Shown here: one piece after another, positions 17,588 through 26,940 of the stretch
Position numbering within the stretch: the first letter of the stretch is position 1
Layout of the letters: each line of letters starts with the position of its first letter
Program-made: the position numbers and the translations under genes
Notes under the pieces: model-generated
Databases searched by the model: none
The model's input: the letters and a program-made list of their open reading frames with translations, nothing else
Told to the model about the DNA's origin: nothing
NCBI GenBank assembly: GCA_020719345.1
Contig: DYQJ01000003.1
Span: 1-44,053, forward strand
DNA length: 44,053 nt
Origin: Draconibacterium orientale
Lineage (GTDB): Bacteria; Bacteroidota; Bacteroidia; Bacteroidales; DYQJ01
Direction of reading: 5' to 3'

Positions 17588-19321
17588 ATGAAACCACTGA
17601 TGCCGTATGGCTCCGCTAATTTTGAGAAAATTGCAACCGGCAATTATTATTATATAGATAAAACTAAATATATAGAAAATTTAGAGAACATAGAATTTCC
17701 CATATTTTTGCGTCCCCGCAGATTTGGAAAGTCTTTATTTACAGAGATGTTACGCTGTTATTATGACTTGAAAATGAAAGATAAATTTCAAGATATTTTT
17801 GGTAAATTGTATATCGGCAAAAATCCTACCGGCAATCAAAATAAATATTTCTTTCTCTCGCTTGACCTATCAGGAATGTACGCTTACGCCGAGATGAACG
17901 AGATGGAATTAAAAAAGTCGTTTGACAATCACATCGCCAATCTGATGAGTCGTTTTTTAATTAAATATCAAAACAATTTTCAACTTACTAATCAAGAAAT
18001 CAATGAATTAACACGAAAATATGAACACGATGCAGCACAGGCACTATCCAATATTTGCGGCTTAGTAGAAAAAGCAGAAGGTAAACTTTATATCGCAATA
18101 GACGAGTATGATTCGCTGACAAATGCACTTGCCATCCGCTACCGTCACACTACGCAGGAAGATAATATGTATATAAAAATATTAGAAAAAGGTGGTTTTT
18201 TCCGAAACTTTTTTGAGATGCTTAAAGCAAATGTAAAAAATAGTATTCATCAAATATACATTACCGGAATTTTACCCATCACTATTTCTGACATGAAAAG
18301 CGGTTTCAATATAGCTAAATGGATACAATTTGATGAAGAATTTTCTGATATGCTCGGAATTACTAAAAAAGAATTTGACCACTTTATAGACAAAATTTAT
18401 ACTGATTATCCCGACATAAAGATTGATAAAGAAGAAGTTAAAATAACAATAAAAAATTATTACAACGGTTATAAGTTTACCCGCCGCGGTGAAGAAATAT
18501 ATAATCCGATGATGACAATTTATTTCTTAGATAACTTAATTAGACACAACATTTATCCAGATATTCTGGCAGATAATAATTTACGAATCAGTTATGACCA
18601 GATAGCATTTCTTTTTGGACAAAATTTGAAACAAGCGAATGAAATAATTACAGAGATAACCAACACAAAAACATATAACATAAATAATCATCTTCAAATT
18701 ACTTTTGAGATGCAAGATTTTAAAGAAGGCAGATATATTGCAGAGGGACTTTTTTATGCAGGAATTTTGACTTATTCTACAAAAGTCAACACGCTAAAAA
18801 TACCTAATTTAGTTACTTACAGCTTTGCTATAGAATATTTTAACGAGCTCCAAAATTTTAAAACGGAAAATTATATTTATAATAAATGGGTTAGCGCATA
18901 TAAACAAAAATCTGATGTAAAAACTTTTATCGCCGGTTTTTTTAAAGATATAATACAAAAATTTCCCGGCACATTTTTTTCGCATGCAAACGAGAGTTTT
19001 TATCATGGACTTCTTTTTCAAGTTCTGTATAATCACACCGAGAAAGATATTTATGAGGTTCTGCCCGAATATAATCTTCCTAACGGAATGGTAGACATTT
19101 ATTTGCGAACTTATACCAATCAAAATATGAATCCTGTGCATCTGAACGACCTCTTCGAGATAAAACAAGTCTCTAAAAATGCTAAAGAAGACGTTTTTGT
19201 GGCAAAATTTGAAGAAGCAAAAAAGCAAGTATTAAAATATAGAATAGGTGAATATTCTCATTTTCGCGCTGTTGCTATTTGTTTTCGCGGAAATAAAGAT
19301 TATAAAATAGAGGTGTTGTAA
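17588..19321 (+). CDS. AAA-ATPase-like (PF09820-type) N-domain fused to a PD-(D/E)xK nuclease-like C-domain (PDDEXK_9/DUF1703-type), copy 1
   Basis: 577 aa. YYYIDKTKYIENLE...FLRPRRFGKSLF is Walker A-like and KLYIAIDEYD is Walker B-like. The C-terminus has NGMVDIYL...LFEIKQV (D...ExK). Confidence 0.85.
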   Translation: MKPLMPYGSANFEKIATGNYYYIDKTKYIENLENIEFPIFLRPRRFGKSLFTEMLRCYYDLKMKDKFQDIFGKLYIGKNPTGNQNKYFFLSLDLSGMYAYAEMNEMELKKSFDNHIANLMSRFLIKYQNNFQLTNQEINELTRKYEHDAAQALSNICGLVEKAEGKLYIAIDEYDSLTNALAIRYRHTTQEDNMYIKILEKGGFFRNFFEMLKANVKNSIHQIYITGILPITISDMKSGFNIAKWIQFDEEFSDMLGITKKEFDHFIDKIYTDYPDIKIDKEEVKITIKNYYNGYKFTRRGEEIYNPMMTIYFLDNLIRHNIYPDILADNNLRISYDQIAFLFGQNLKQANEIITEITNTKTYNINNHLQITFEMQDFKEGRYIAEGLFYAGILTYSTKVNTLKIPNLVTYSFAIEYFNELQNFKTENYIYNKWVSAYKQKSDVKTFIAGFFKDIIQKFPGTFFSHANESFYHGLLFQVLYNHTEKDIYEVLPEYNLPNGMVDIYLRTYTNQNMNPVHLNDLFEIKQVSKNAKEDVFVAKFEEAKKQVLKYRIGEYSHFRAVAICFRGNKDYKIEVL

Positions 19322-19341
19322 ACAATAAAAAAAGACAAATT

Positions 19342-21075
19342 ATGAAACCACTGATGCCGTATGGGTTGGCTAATTTTGAGGAAATTGCAACCGGCAATTA
19401 TTATTATATAGATAAAACTAAGTACATAGAAAATTTAGAATGTATAAAATTTCCCATATTTTTGCGTCCCCGCAGATTTGGAAAGTCTTTATTTACAGAG
19501 ATGTTACGCTGTTATTATGACTTGAAAATGAAAGATAAATTTCAAGATATTTTTGGTAAATTGTATATCGGCAAAAATCCTACCGGCAATCAAAATAAAT
19601 ATTTCTTTCTCTCGCTTGACCTATCAGGAATGTACGCTTACGCCGAGATGAACGAGATGGAATTAAAAAAGTCGTTTGACAATCACATCGCCAATCTGAT
19701 GAGTCGTTTTTTAATTAAATATCAAAACAATTTTCAACTTACTAATCAAGAAATCAATGAATTAACACGAAAATATGAACACGATGCAGCACAGGCACTA
19801 TCCAATATTTGCGGCTTAGTAGAAAAAGCAGAAGGTAAACTTTATATCGCAATAGACGAGTATGATTCGCTGACAAATGCACTTGCCATCCGCTACCGTC
19901 ACACTACGCAGGAAGATAATATGTATATAAAAATATTAGAAAAAGGTGGTTTTTTCCGAAACTTTTTTGAGATGCTTAAAGCAAATGTAAAAAATAGTAT
20001 TCATCAAATATACATTACCGGAATTTTACCCATCACTATTTCTGACATGAAAAGCGGTTTCAATATAGCTAAATGGATACAATTTGATGAAGAATTTTCT
20101 GATATGCTCGGAATTACTAAAAAAGAATTTGACCACTTTATAGACAAAATTTATACTGATTATCCCGACATAAAGATTGATAAAGAAGAAGTTAAAATAA
20201 CAATAAAAAATTATTACAACGGTTATAAGTTTACCCGCCGCGGTGAAGAAATATATAATCCGATGATGACAATTTATTTCTTAGATAACTTAATTAGACA
20301 CAACATTTATCCAGATATTCTGGCAGATAATAATTTACGAATCAGTTATGACCAGATAGCATTTCTTTTTGGACAAAATTTGAAACAAGCGAATGAAATA
20401 ATTACAGAGATAACCAACACAAAAACATATAACATAAATAATCATCTTCAAATTACTTTTGAGATGCAAGATTTTAAAGAAGGCAGATATATTGCAGAGG
20501 GACTTTTTTATGCAGGAATTTTGACTTATTCTACAAAAGTCAACACGCTAAAAATACCTAATTTAGTTACTTACAGCTTTGCTATAGAATATTTTAACGA
20601 GCTCCAAAATTTTAAAACGGAAAATTATATTTATAATAAATGGGTTAGCGCATATAAACAAAAATCTGATGTAAAAACTTTTATCGCCGGTTTTTTTAAA
20701 GATATAATACAAAAATTTCCCGGCACATTTTTTTCGCATGCAAACGAGAGTTTTTATCATGGACTTCTTTTTCAAGTTCTGTATAATCACACCGAGAAAG
20801 ATATTTATGAGGTTCTGCCCGAATATAATCTTCCTAACGGAATGGTAGACATTTATTTGCGAACTTATACCAATCAAAATATGAATCCTGTGCATCTGAA
20901 CGACCTCTTCGAGATAAAACAAGTCTCTAAAAATGCTAAAGAAGACGTTTTTGTGGCAAAATTTGAAGAAGCAAAAAAGCAAGTATTAAAATATAGAATA
21001 GGTGAATATTCTCATTTTCGCGCTGTTGCTATTTGTTTTCGCGGAAATAAAGATTATAAAATAGAGGTGTTGTAA
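19342..21075 (+). CDS. AAA-ATPase-like / PD-(D/E)xK nuclease-like protein, copy 2
   Basis: 577 aa. It differs from copy 1 only at residues 9-10 (SA>LA), 14 (K>E), 33 (N>C) and 35 (E>K). It starts 20 nt after the copy 1 stop. Confidence 0.85.
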   Translation: MKPLMPYGLANFEEIATGNYYYIDKTKYIENLECIKFPIFLRPRRFGKSLFTEMLRCYYDLKMKDKFQDIFGKLYIGKNPTGNQNKYFFLSLDLSGMYAYAEMNEMELKKSFDNHIANLMSRFLIKYQNNFQLTNQEINELTRKYEHDAAQALSNICGLVEKAEGKLYIAIDEYDSLTNALAIRYRHTTQEDNMYIKILEKGGFFRNFFEMLKANVKNSIHQIYITGILPITISDMKSGFNIAKWIQFDEEFSDMLGITKKEFDHFIDKIYTDYPDIKIDKEEVKITIKNYYNGYKFTRRGEEIYNPMMTIYFLDNLIRHNIYPDILADNNLRISYDQIAFLFGQNLKQANEIITEITNTKTYNINNHLQITFEMQDFKEGRYIAEGLFYAGILTYSTKVNTLKIPNLVTYSFAIEYFNELQNFKTENYIYNKWVSAYKQKSDVKTFIAGFFKDIIQKFPGTFFSHANESFYHGLLFQVLYNHTEKDIYEVLPEYNLPNGMVDIYLRTYTNQNMNPVHLNDLFEIKQVSKNAKEDVFVAKFEEAKKQVLKYRIGEYSHFRAVAICFRGNKDYKIEVL

Positions 21076-21265
21076 ATTAGTTTCTAAAGAACAGCTTTTT
21101 AACAGCAGATTTTCAGCGATGATTAAAGAAAAAAAATTCAAAATTTGTATAGTTGATTTTATTTTTGAAAGTGCAAAAAAGGAAATATCATTAATTGATA
21201 CACCTATAATTTTGCCTGATAATCCTCAAATAAAAGAATGATAACTAAGCACATTAAATCATTTT

Positions 21266-21757
21266 TTGATTTTACTCTTTGATTATTATGCTCATAAAAT
21301 TCCAAACCGAGATAGTGATATTGATTTATTAGTGTTACAAATGAAACAATCTATTATTAATATTTTAGAAGTTATAGGTGCTAATTTCAAGACCATTTGC
21401 ATCCTTATAATTGTCGTTATATCAATTTATTATATTTCTATTAGTATGTTTGATGAAAATATTAGGAATAAAATAAATGAAACCGACATTATTACAATAG
21501 CCACTTTCAATTATTACGGTACAGGAGGCAAAGGGTTTCAAGGGGTTAATTACAATTATTATACTGATACCACACTTCAATATGCATCTGCATTACGTAT
21601 GGACACAGATACCGGAATGGTAAATGGCGACAAATTTTTGGTTGTTTATTCACGAAAATACCCTGATATTTCTATAGTGCTGCGAAATTCAAATAATTGT
21701 ATTATACGCTTTACCGACAGTAGCATTTTTGCAAAATACAACTACAAACAAAAATAA
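21266..21757 (+). CDS. Hypothetical membrane-anchored protein; the real start is probably M26 at 21341. The 5' extension is a nucleotidyltransferase (MNT-like) relic
   Basis: The ORF begins ILLFDYYAHKIPNRDSDIDLLVL, matching the MNT-type motif LFGSYARG..DSDIDLLV. Next comes MKQSIINILEVIGANFKTICILIIVVISIYYISISMF (TM), then a beta-rich domain (GDKFLVVYSRKYP, loosely DUF3592-like). Confidence 0.5.
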   Translation: MILLFDYYAHKIPNRDSDIDLLVLQMKQSIINILEVIGANFKTICILIIVVISIYYISISMFDENIRNKINETDIITIATFNYYGTGGKGFQGVNYNYYTDTTLQYASALRMDTDTGMVNGDKFLVVYSRKYPDISIVLRNSNNCIIRFTDSSIFAKYNYKQK

Positions 21758-21798
21758 AAACTTACGTATTAAAAATTCTAATTATAAAAAATAATTAT

Positions 21799-21806
21799 TA
21801 TATTTG
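21799..21806 (+). promoter_or_regulatory. Bacteroidota-type -7 box TATATTTG
   Basis: Matches TAnnTTTG, 24 nt upstream of the ATG at 21830. Confidence 0.45.
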
Positions 21807-21829
21807 CAAAAAACTAAACATTTAATAAA

Positions 21830-24800
21830 ATGATAGAACATCAAACCATATTTTCTATTAAAGAACTCAAAAATAAAGTTAAACACGCCTTTATTGAAGG
21901 GATTCCCAATAAAAAAGAAAAAATTGAGATAATTAAAAATTGGCAAGATAATATTATAAGTGGAAAAGTTATAAATTCAACCGAACAAGAATTGAAGCCG
22001 ATTTTTTTAACTCAATTCTTTGGCGAAATTTTAAATTATGAATATAAAAATGCTAATTCTTGGAATTTACGTTTAGAAAATAAATCGGAATTAGATAGCA
22101 CAAAAGCAGATGCTGCATTAGGTTATTTTTCTATTGACTCTACTTTGCCAAAGTTCAAAAGTGATATAAGAGCTGTTATAGAAATAAAAAATGCCCGCAC
22201 AACTTTAGACAAACCGCAAAACAGACCCGATTTTAAAGGAAGTTCGGTGGAGCAATGTTTTATGTATGCCGCAAAATCCGGAGAAAAGTGTAAATGGGTA
22301 ATTGTCAGCAATTTATTAGAAATTCGTTTATATCTGGCAACAGATATGACTAAATACGAAAGTTTTGATATTCTAACACTTAACGAAGATTCCGAATTTC
22401 AAAGATTTTATTATCTGTTGGCAAACGGACAATTATTTTACGAAAATATTGCCTCGTCAATAGATATTTTTCTTAGCAATAGAATAGAAAAAGAAAAAAC
22501 TATAACTTATGAATTTTATCAGAATTATAGTTATTTGCGCGAAGTTTTTTTGCAACATATAAAATTTCACAATCCTACTCACAATCCGTTAGATTTATTG
22601 CAATATGCACAAACTATTATTGACCGAATTATTTTTGTAAGCGTTATAAAAGATTATGATTTAATTAATTATGATGTTTTTAAAAGATTAGAAAATGCTG
22701 TTTTAGAAATATGGGAAGATGATAAATCAGAACTATGGCGACAATTAAATAAATTTTTTAAAGCATTGGATAAAGGAATGCCTCCACGTATTCAAAAATT
22801 TAATGGTGGTTTGTTTAAACAAAATGATATTATTGAAAAATTAGTTATAAAAGATTTTTTTCTTAAACAACTTTTAACGTTAAGTAATTACGATTTTGAA
22901 AGTGACTTGAATATTAATGTGTTAGGTCATATTTTTGAACAATCTATTACTGATATAGAAAATCTGAAAAAAGATTTAGCCGAGAATGTTAAAATAGAAT
23001 ATTCGGAAATAAATGATGCAATAATTTATAAATCGCATTTTAATGAAACAAACAAACGAAAAAAAGACGGAATTTATTACACTCCCGAAAATATAACTCA
23101 ATACATTGTAAATAACACAATTGGAAATTGGTTAAATGAACAAAAAGATGAAATTGGATTAAATGAAGAGGAATTAACTTTAACAAAGTTTGAAACTTTA
23201 TCAAAATTTCAAGAATACCAACAAAAACAAATAGAAAAATGGGAAAAATATGCAAATGTTTTAAAAAACATTAAAATACTTGACCCCGCCTGTGGAAGTG
23301 GTGCTTTTTTGACGCAAGCATTTGATTTTCTGTTTAAAGAAAATTTAATAGTAATTGATGTCTTGAATAAATTAAAATTTTCTAAAAGCCAAAAGCCAAA
23401 AGCCAAAACCAAAGTTGGTTTGTTTTCCAATGAAATTGACAAAACGCAAAAACAAATTTCGCAAATAAAAAAAGACATAGTTTGCAACAATCTTTTTGGT
23501 GTTGATTTGAATTACGAAAGCGTAGAAATTACAAAACTCGGACTCTGGTTAAAATCGGCAAGTAAAAACGATGCTTTAGCATTATTAGACAGCAACATAA
23601 AATGCGGAAACTCTTTAATTGCCGACAAAGAAATATCAGAAAATGCCTTTGATTGGAAAGAAGAATTTAAAGAAATAATACAATGCGGTGGTTTTGATAT
23701 AATTGTAGGAAATCCACCGTATGTTGATAGTAAAAATTTGAAACCTTACAGCGATTATTTTTCAAAAAATTATAAAACCTACAATGGAACAGCAGATTTG
23801 TATGTTTATTTTTATGAATTATCTTTTAATCTTTTAAATATAACCAGCATTTTGGGATTTATAAGTTCCAATAAATTTATGAAAACCGGCTATGGCGAAA
23901 ATTTAAGAAAATTATTAACTGAAAAACATATTTTACAAATCATTGATTTTACAGATTATAGAGTTTTTCAAGATGCACTTGTTGCAAGCAGTATCATAAT
24001 TGCAAAAAATCAAGAACCGCAGGAAAATATTAAAATTTCGTTAGTGAATCAAAACTTAAATAAATTTGAAAAATTAGAAGATTATATTGCTAAAAATCAT
24101 TTTTTTACAAACAGCAAAAATTTAGATGGAAAAATTTGGTTTTTGTCGGCAAACGGTAAACTTCCTTTGAAACGAAAAATAGAGGAAAATTCTACAAAAC
24201 TAAAAGATATTGAAGGAGTTGCAATATACAGAGGCGTGACAACCGGTTTTAATGATGCCTTTATAATTGACGAAAATATTAAAAAACAACTGATTAAAGA
24301 AGATTATAAAAATGCCGAAATTATAAAACCACTTTTACAAGGTAGAAACATTAGAAAATGGTTTTACAAATATAATGATAAATATATTATTTTTACCCGT
24401 AGAGGAATTGAAATTGAAAATTATAAATCAATAAAAAAATATTTATCAAAATTTAAAGAAAATTTAGAACCCGGAAATGGTCGCAAAGAAGGAAGTTATC
24501 AATGGTATGAAATTCAAGATAATACAGCGTATTTTTCACATTTTGAAAAACCCAAAATTATATGGGGACTTACAGCCGACAAATGGGCGTATTGTTTTGA
24601 TAACAAAGGACATTTTCTTCCAAGCAACGGTTATATTTTAACTTCTGCTAAAGAACTAAATTTAAAATATATTTTGGGAGTTTTGAACAGCCGACTCATG
24701 CGTTTTTATTTTGATTTTATTGGAATAATGACTGCCGGCGGTGCATTTACACTAAAATACGATACTGTTTCAGAATTTCCTTTCAAAGAAATTTCACAAG

Positions 24801-25168
24801 AACAGCAACTACCTATTATCAAATTAGTTGATGAAATTATTGAATTACACCAAAAAATTGAATTTGTAAAAGAAAAATTCTCTAATCGTTTGATAACCAA
24901 TTTTGAAAACATAAAAATAAATCAAAAATTAGAAAATTTCTATTTGTATGATTTCAAAACTTTTGTAAATGAACTAAAAAAACAAAACATAATACTAAAT
25001 TTAAAGTTACAAGACGAATTTGAAGAATATTTTAAACAGCAAAAAAATAACATAAACACGGATTTAGAAAATTCAGAAAAAATTGAACAACAAATTGATA
25101 AATTAATATACGAAATTTATAATTTAACAAAAGAAGAAATAGAAATTATAGAGAATGCGAAAAAATGA
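21830..25168 (+). CDS. Type IIG (Eco57I/MmeI-like) bifunctional restriction endonuclease / N6-adenine DNA methyltransferase
   Basis: 1112 aa. The N-terminal PD-ExK is D94...VIEIK (E118, K120). Other motifs are GIYYTPENITQYIV, motif I ILDPACGSGAFL and motif IV GNPPYV. It has a TaqI_C-like TRD (LLQGRNIRKWFY..YQWYEIQD..LGVLNSRLMRFYF) and a helical tail ending LIYEIYNLTKEEIEIIENAKK. Confidence 0.9.
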   Translation: MIEHQTIFSIKELKNKVKHAFIEGIPNKKEKIEIIKNWQDNIISGKVINSTEQELKPIFLTQFFGEILNYEYKNANSWNLRLENKSELDSTKADAALGYFSIDSTLPKFKSDIRAVIEIKNARTTLDKPQNRPDFKGSSVEQCFMYAAKSGEKCKWVIVSNLLEIRLYLATDMTKYESFDILTLNEDSEFQRFYYLLANGQLFYENIASSIDIFLSNRIEKEKTITYEFYQNYSYLREVFLQHIKFHNPTHNPLDLLQYAQTIIDRIIFVSVIKDYDLINYDVFKRLENAVLEIWEDDKSELWRQLNKFFKALDKGMPPRIQKFNGGLFKQNDIIEKLVIKDFFLKQLLTLSNYDFESDLNINVLGHIFEQSITDIENLKKDLAENVKIEYSEINDAIIYKSHFNETNKRKKDGIYYTPENITQYIVNNTIGNWLNEQKDEIGLNEEELTLTKFETLSKFQEYQQKQIEKWEKYANVLKNIKILDPACGSGAFLTQAFDFLFKENLIVIDVLNKLKFSKSQKPKAKTKVGLFSNEIDKTQKQISQIKKDIVCNNLFGVDLNYESVEITKLGLWLKSASKNDALALLDSNIKCGNSLIADKEISENAFDWKEEFKEIIQCGGFDIIVGNPPYVDSKNLKPYSDYFSKNYKTYNGTADLYVYFYELSFNLLNITSILGFISSNKFMKTGYGENLRKLLTEKHILQIIDFTDYRVFQDALVASSIIIAKNQEPQENIKISLVNQNLNKFEKLEDYIAKNHFFTNSKNLDGKIWFLSANGKLPLKRKIEENSTKLKDIEGVAIYRGVTTGFNDAFIIDENIKKQLIKEDYKNAEIIKPLLQGRNIRKWFYKYNDKYIIFTRRGIEIENYKSIKKYLSKFKENLEPGNGRKEGSYQWYEIQDNTAYFSHFEKPKIIWGLTADKWAYCFDNKGHFLPSNGYILTSAKELNLKYILGVLNSRLMRFYFDFIGIMTAGGAFTLKYDTVSEFPFKEISQEQQLPIIKLVDEIIELHQKIEFVKEKFSNRLITNFENIKINQKLENFYLYDFKTFVNELKKQNIILNLKLQDEFEEYFKQQKNNINTDLENSEKIEQQIDKLIYEIYNLTKEEIEIIENAKK
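23635..23724 (+). repeat. Identity block A1 (90 bp; 89/90 identical to 25566-25655)
   Basis: I aligned atcagaaaatgcctttg[a/t]ttggaaag...ggaaatccaccgtatgt by eye. It encodes SENAF(D/V)WKEEFKEIIQCGGFDIIVGNPPYV. Confidence 0.95.
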
Positions 25169-25170
25169 AA
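25077..25170 (+). repeat. Identity block B1 (94 bp; identical to 26849-26942)
   Basis: It covers the last 29 codons, the stop codon and the ATGAAA that begins the next ORF. Confidence 0.95.
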
Positions 25171-26940
25171 CCAACTTACGATAAATCAGTTTCAACCGAA
25201 AAAAGAAAACAAAACGGAATATTTTATAGTCCGCAAAATATAGTTAAATATATAGTTTCGCGAGTATTAGACAATTATTTTAATCTTGATTTTACGTTTG
25301 AAAAATTGCAAAAAATAAAAATACTTGACCCTGCTTGCGGCGATGGAATATTTTTAGTAGAAAGTTATTTTTATTTGATAAATGTCTATAAAAATCATTT
25401 TTCTGATTCTAAAAATTCTGAAAAATTTATTATTGAAAATAATTTGTTTGGTGTTGATATTGATAATTTTGCAGTGAAAATGACAAAGAAAAATTTATTT
25501 GAAAATAGCAATTATTTTTGTGAAAATATCATGTGCGGAAATTCGCTTATTTCGGACAAAGCAACATCAGAAAATGCCTTTGTTTGGAAAGAAGAATTTA
25601 AAGAAATAATACAATGCGGTGGTTTTGATATAATTGTAGGAAATCCACCGTATGTAAGCACAAAAGTTATTAATGAAATTGAAAAAAAATACTTTGTTGA
25701 AAATTATAAAACTGCTGTTGGACAATTTGATTTGTATGGCTTGTTTATAGAAAAAAGTATAAAATTATTGCATAAAAATTCAAAATTTGGATTTATTACT
25801 TCAAATACTTATTTATCTAATAAAGATTTTTTAGAACTTCGGAAGTATTTATTTGAAAATGTTACAATTAATGAAATTACAAATTTGGGTGAAACAGTTT
25901 TTACTGATGCAAAAATAGATGTAGCAATTCTATTATTTACAAATAGTTATACTGAAAATAATAAAATAAAAATTACTTTAAATAGCATTGATTTTGAAAG
26001 AAATAAATTTCATCTTATTTCTCAAAACAGATTTAATTCAGAAAAAAATAATTATGAAATAAAACTAAACTCAAAAGAAGATGATTTTGAATTAATTGAC
26101 AAAATATTTGAAAATAAAACCGAACTTTCTGAAATTTTAGATTTGCCTCGTGGAATTGAAATAGGTAGTAACTCTGAAAAAATTAGCACTAATTATCAAC
26201 TCGATTTTTATAAATTATTGGTTGGAAAAGATATATCAAAATATAATATAAATTTTGCCAAACGTCACATAAAATTTGAAAACAATAAATCTGTTTTTAA
26301 AGATTTGGAAATTTATGAGCAACCTAAAATTTTAATACAAAGAATCCGAAATTTATCTTTAAAAACAAGAATTGTTGCAACTTTAGATGAAGATAATTAT
26401 CTTTGCACAAATACTTTACGAATAGGAATTTTGAAAAATAAAAATTTTAATTTAAAATATATTTTAGCAATTCTAAATTCAAATTTAATTAATTGGATTT
26501 TTTCAAAATATTTTGTAAATAAAGACATTTATGCTTATCAATTAGACCGTTTACCAATTTGTGAAATTTCAAGCGAAAAACAACAAGTTTTTGTAGATTT
26601 AGTAACCGAAATTTTAACAATAAACAAAGAATTAAATAAAAATAAGCAGAAATTTATAAATAGAATTGAAGCAAATTATAAAATTGAACGAAATACAAAA
26701 ATATTAAATTTCAACGAATTATATTTTTCGGAGTTGAACGAAGAACTAAAAAAACAAAAAGTTACTCTTTCGTTAAAACAGCAAGACGAATTAGAAGAAT
26801 ATTTTGACGAAAACAAAACAAAATTGAATACAGAAATTGAAAATGTCAAAAAAATTGAACAACAAATTGATAAATTAATATACGAAATTTATAATTTAAC
26901 AAAAGAAGAAATAGAAATTATAGAGAATGCGAAAAAATGA
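25165..26940 (+). CDS. Stand-alone Eco57I-family N6-adenine DNA methyltransferase with a different TRD
   Basis: 591 aa. An ATGA overlap joins it to the upstream gene. Motifs are GIFYSPQNIVKYIV, ILDPACGDGIFL and GNPPYV, with no N-terminal nuclease domain. The TRD reads LLVGKDISKYNI..ILIQRIRN..LAILNSNLINWIF. Confidence 0.9.
   Translation: MKPTYDKSVSTEKRKQNGIFYSPQNIVKYIVSRVLDNYFNLDFTFEKLQKIKILDPACGDGIFLVESYFYLINVYKNHFSDSKNSEKFIIENNLFGVDIDNFAVKMTKKNLFENSNYFCENIMCGNSLISDKATSENAFVWKEEFKEIIQCGGFDIIVGNPPYVSTKVINEIEKKYFVENYKTAVGQFDLYGLFIEKSIKLLHKNSKFGFITSNTYLSNKDFLELRKYLFENVTINEITNLGETVFTDAKIDVAILLFTNSYTENNKIKITLNSIDFERNKFHLISQNRFNSEKNNYEIKLNSKEDDFELIDKIFENKTELSEILDLPRGIEIGSNSEKISTNYQLDFYKLLVGKDISKYNINFAKRHIKFENNKSVFKDLEIYEQPKILIQRIRNLSLKTRIVATLDEDNYLCTNTLRIGILKNKNFNLKYILAILNSNLINWIFSKYFVNKDIYAYQLDRLPICEISSEKQQVFVDLVTEILTINKELNKNKQKFINRIEANYKIERNTKILNFNELYFSELNEELKKQKVTLSLKQQDELEEYFDENKTKLNTEIENVKKIEQQIDKLIYEIYNLTKEEIEIIENAKK
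25566..25655 (+). repeat. Identity block A2 (partner of 23635-23724)
   Basis: See block A1. Confidence 0.95.

Larger units (their letters stand above)
17576..21076 (+). repeat. Tandem direct duplication, 2 x 1747 bp (17576-19322 and 19330-21076), offset 1754 bp
   Basis: The proteins are identical from residue 37 to 577. Even the antisense ORFs (18809..19228 and 20563..20982) are identical. I count 11 substitutions, all within 17609-17695 versus 19363-19449. Confidence 0.95.

Noticed and set aside
18809-19228. 139-aa antisense ORF, duplicated at 20563..20982
   Set aside because: It is a shadow ORF within the ATPase-nuclease genes. It is useful only as proof that the two copies are nucleotide-identical there.
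17576-21076. Diversity-generating retroelement (template and variable repeat pair)
   Set aside because: The 11 mismatches involve all base types rather than adenine-specific changes, and no reverse transcriptase is present.
21830-25168. BREX PglX-type methyltransferase
   Set aside because: The size and NPPY motif fit. However, it has an N-terminal D...ExK nuclease-like domain, and no PglZ, BrxC, BrxA or BrxB genes are nearby. An Eco57I/MmeI-like Type IIG enzyme is the simpler call.
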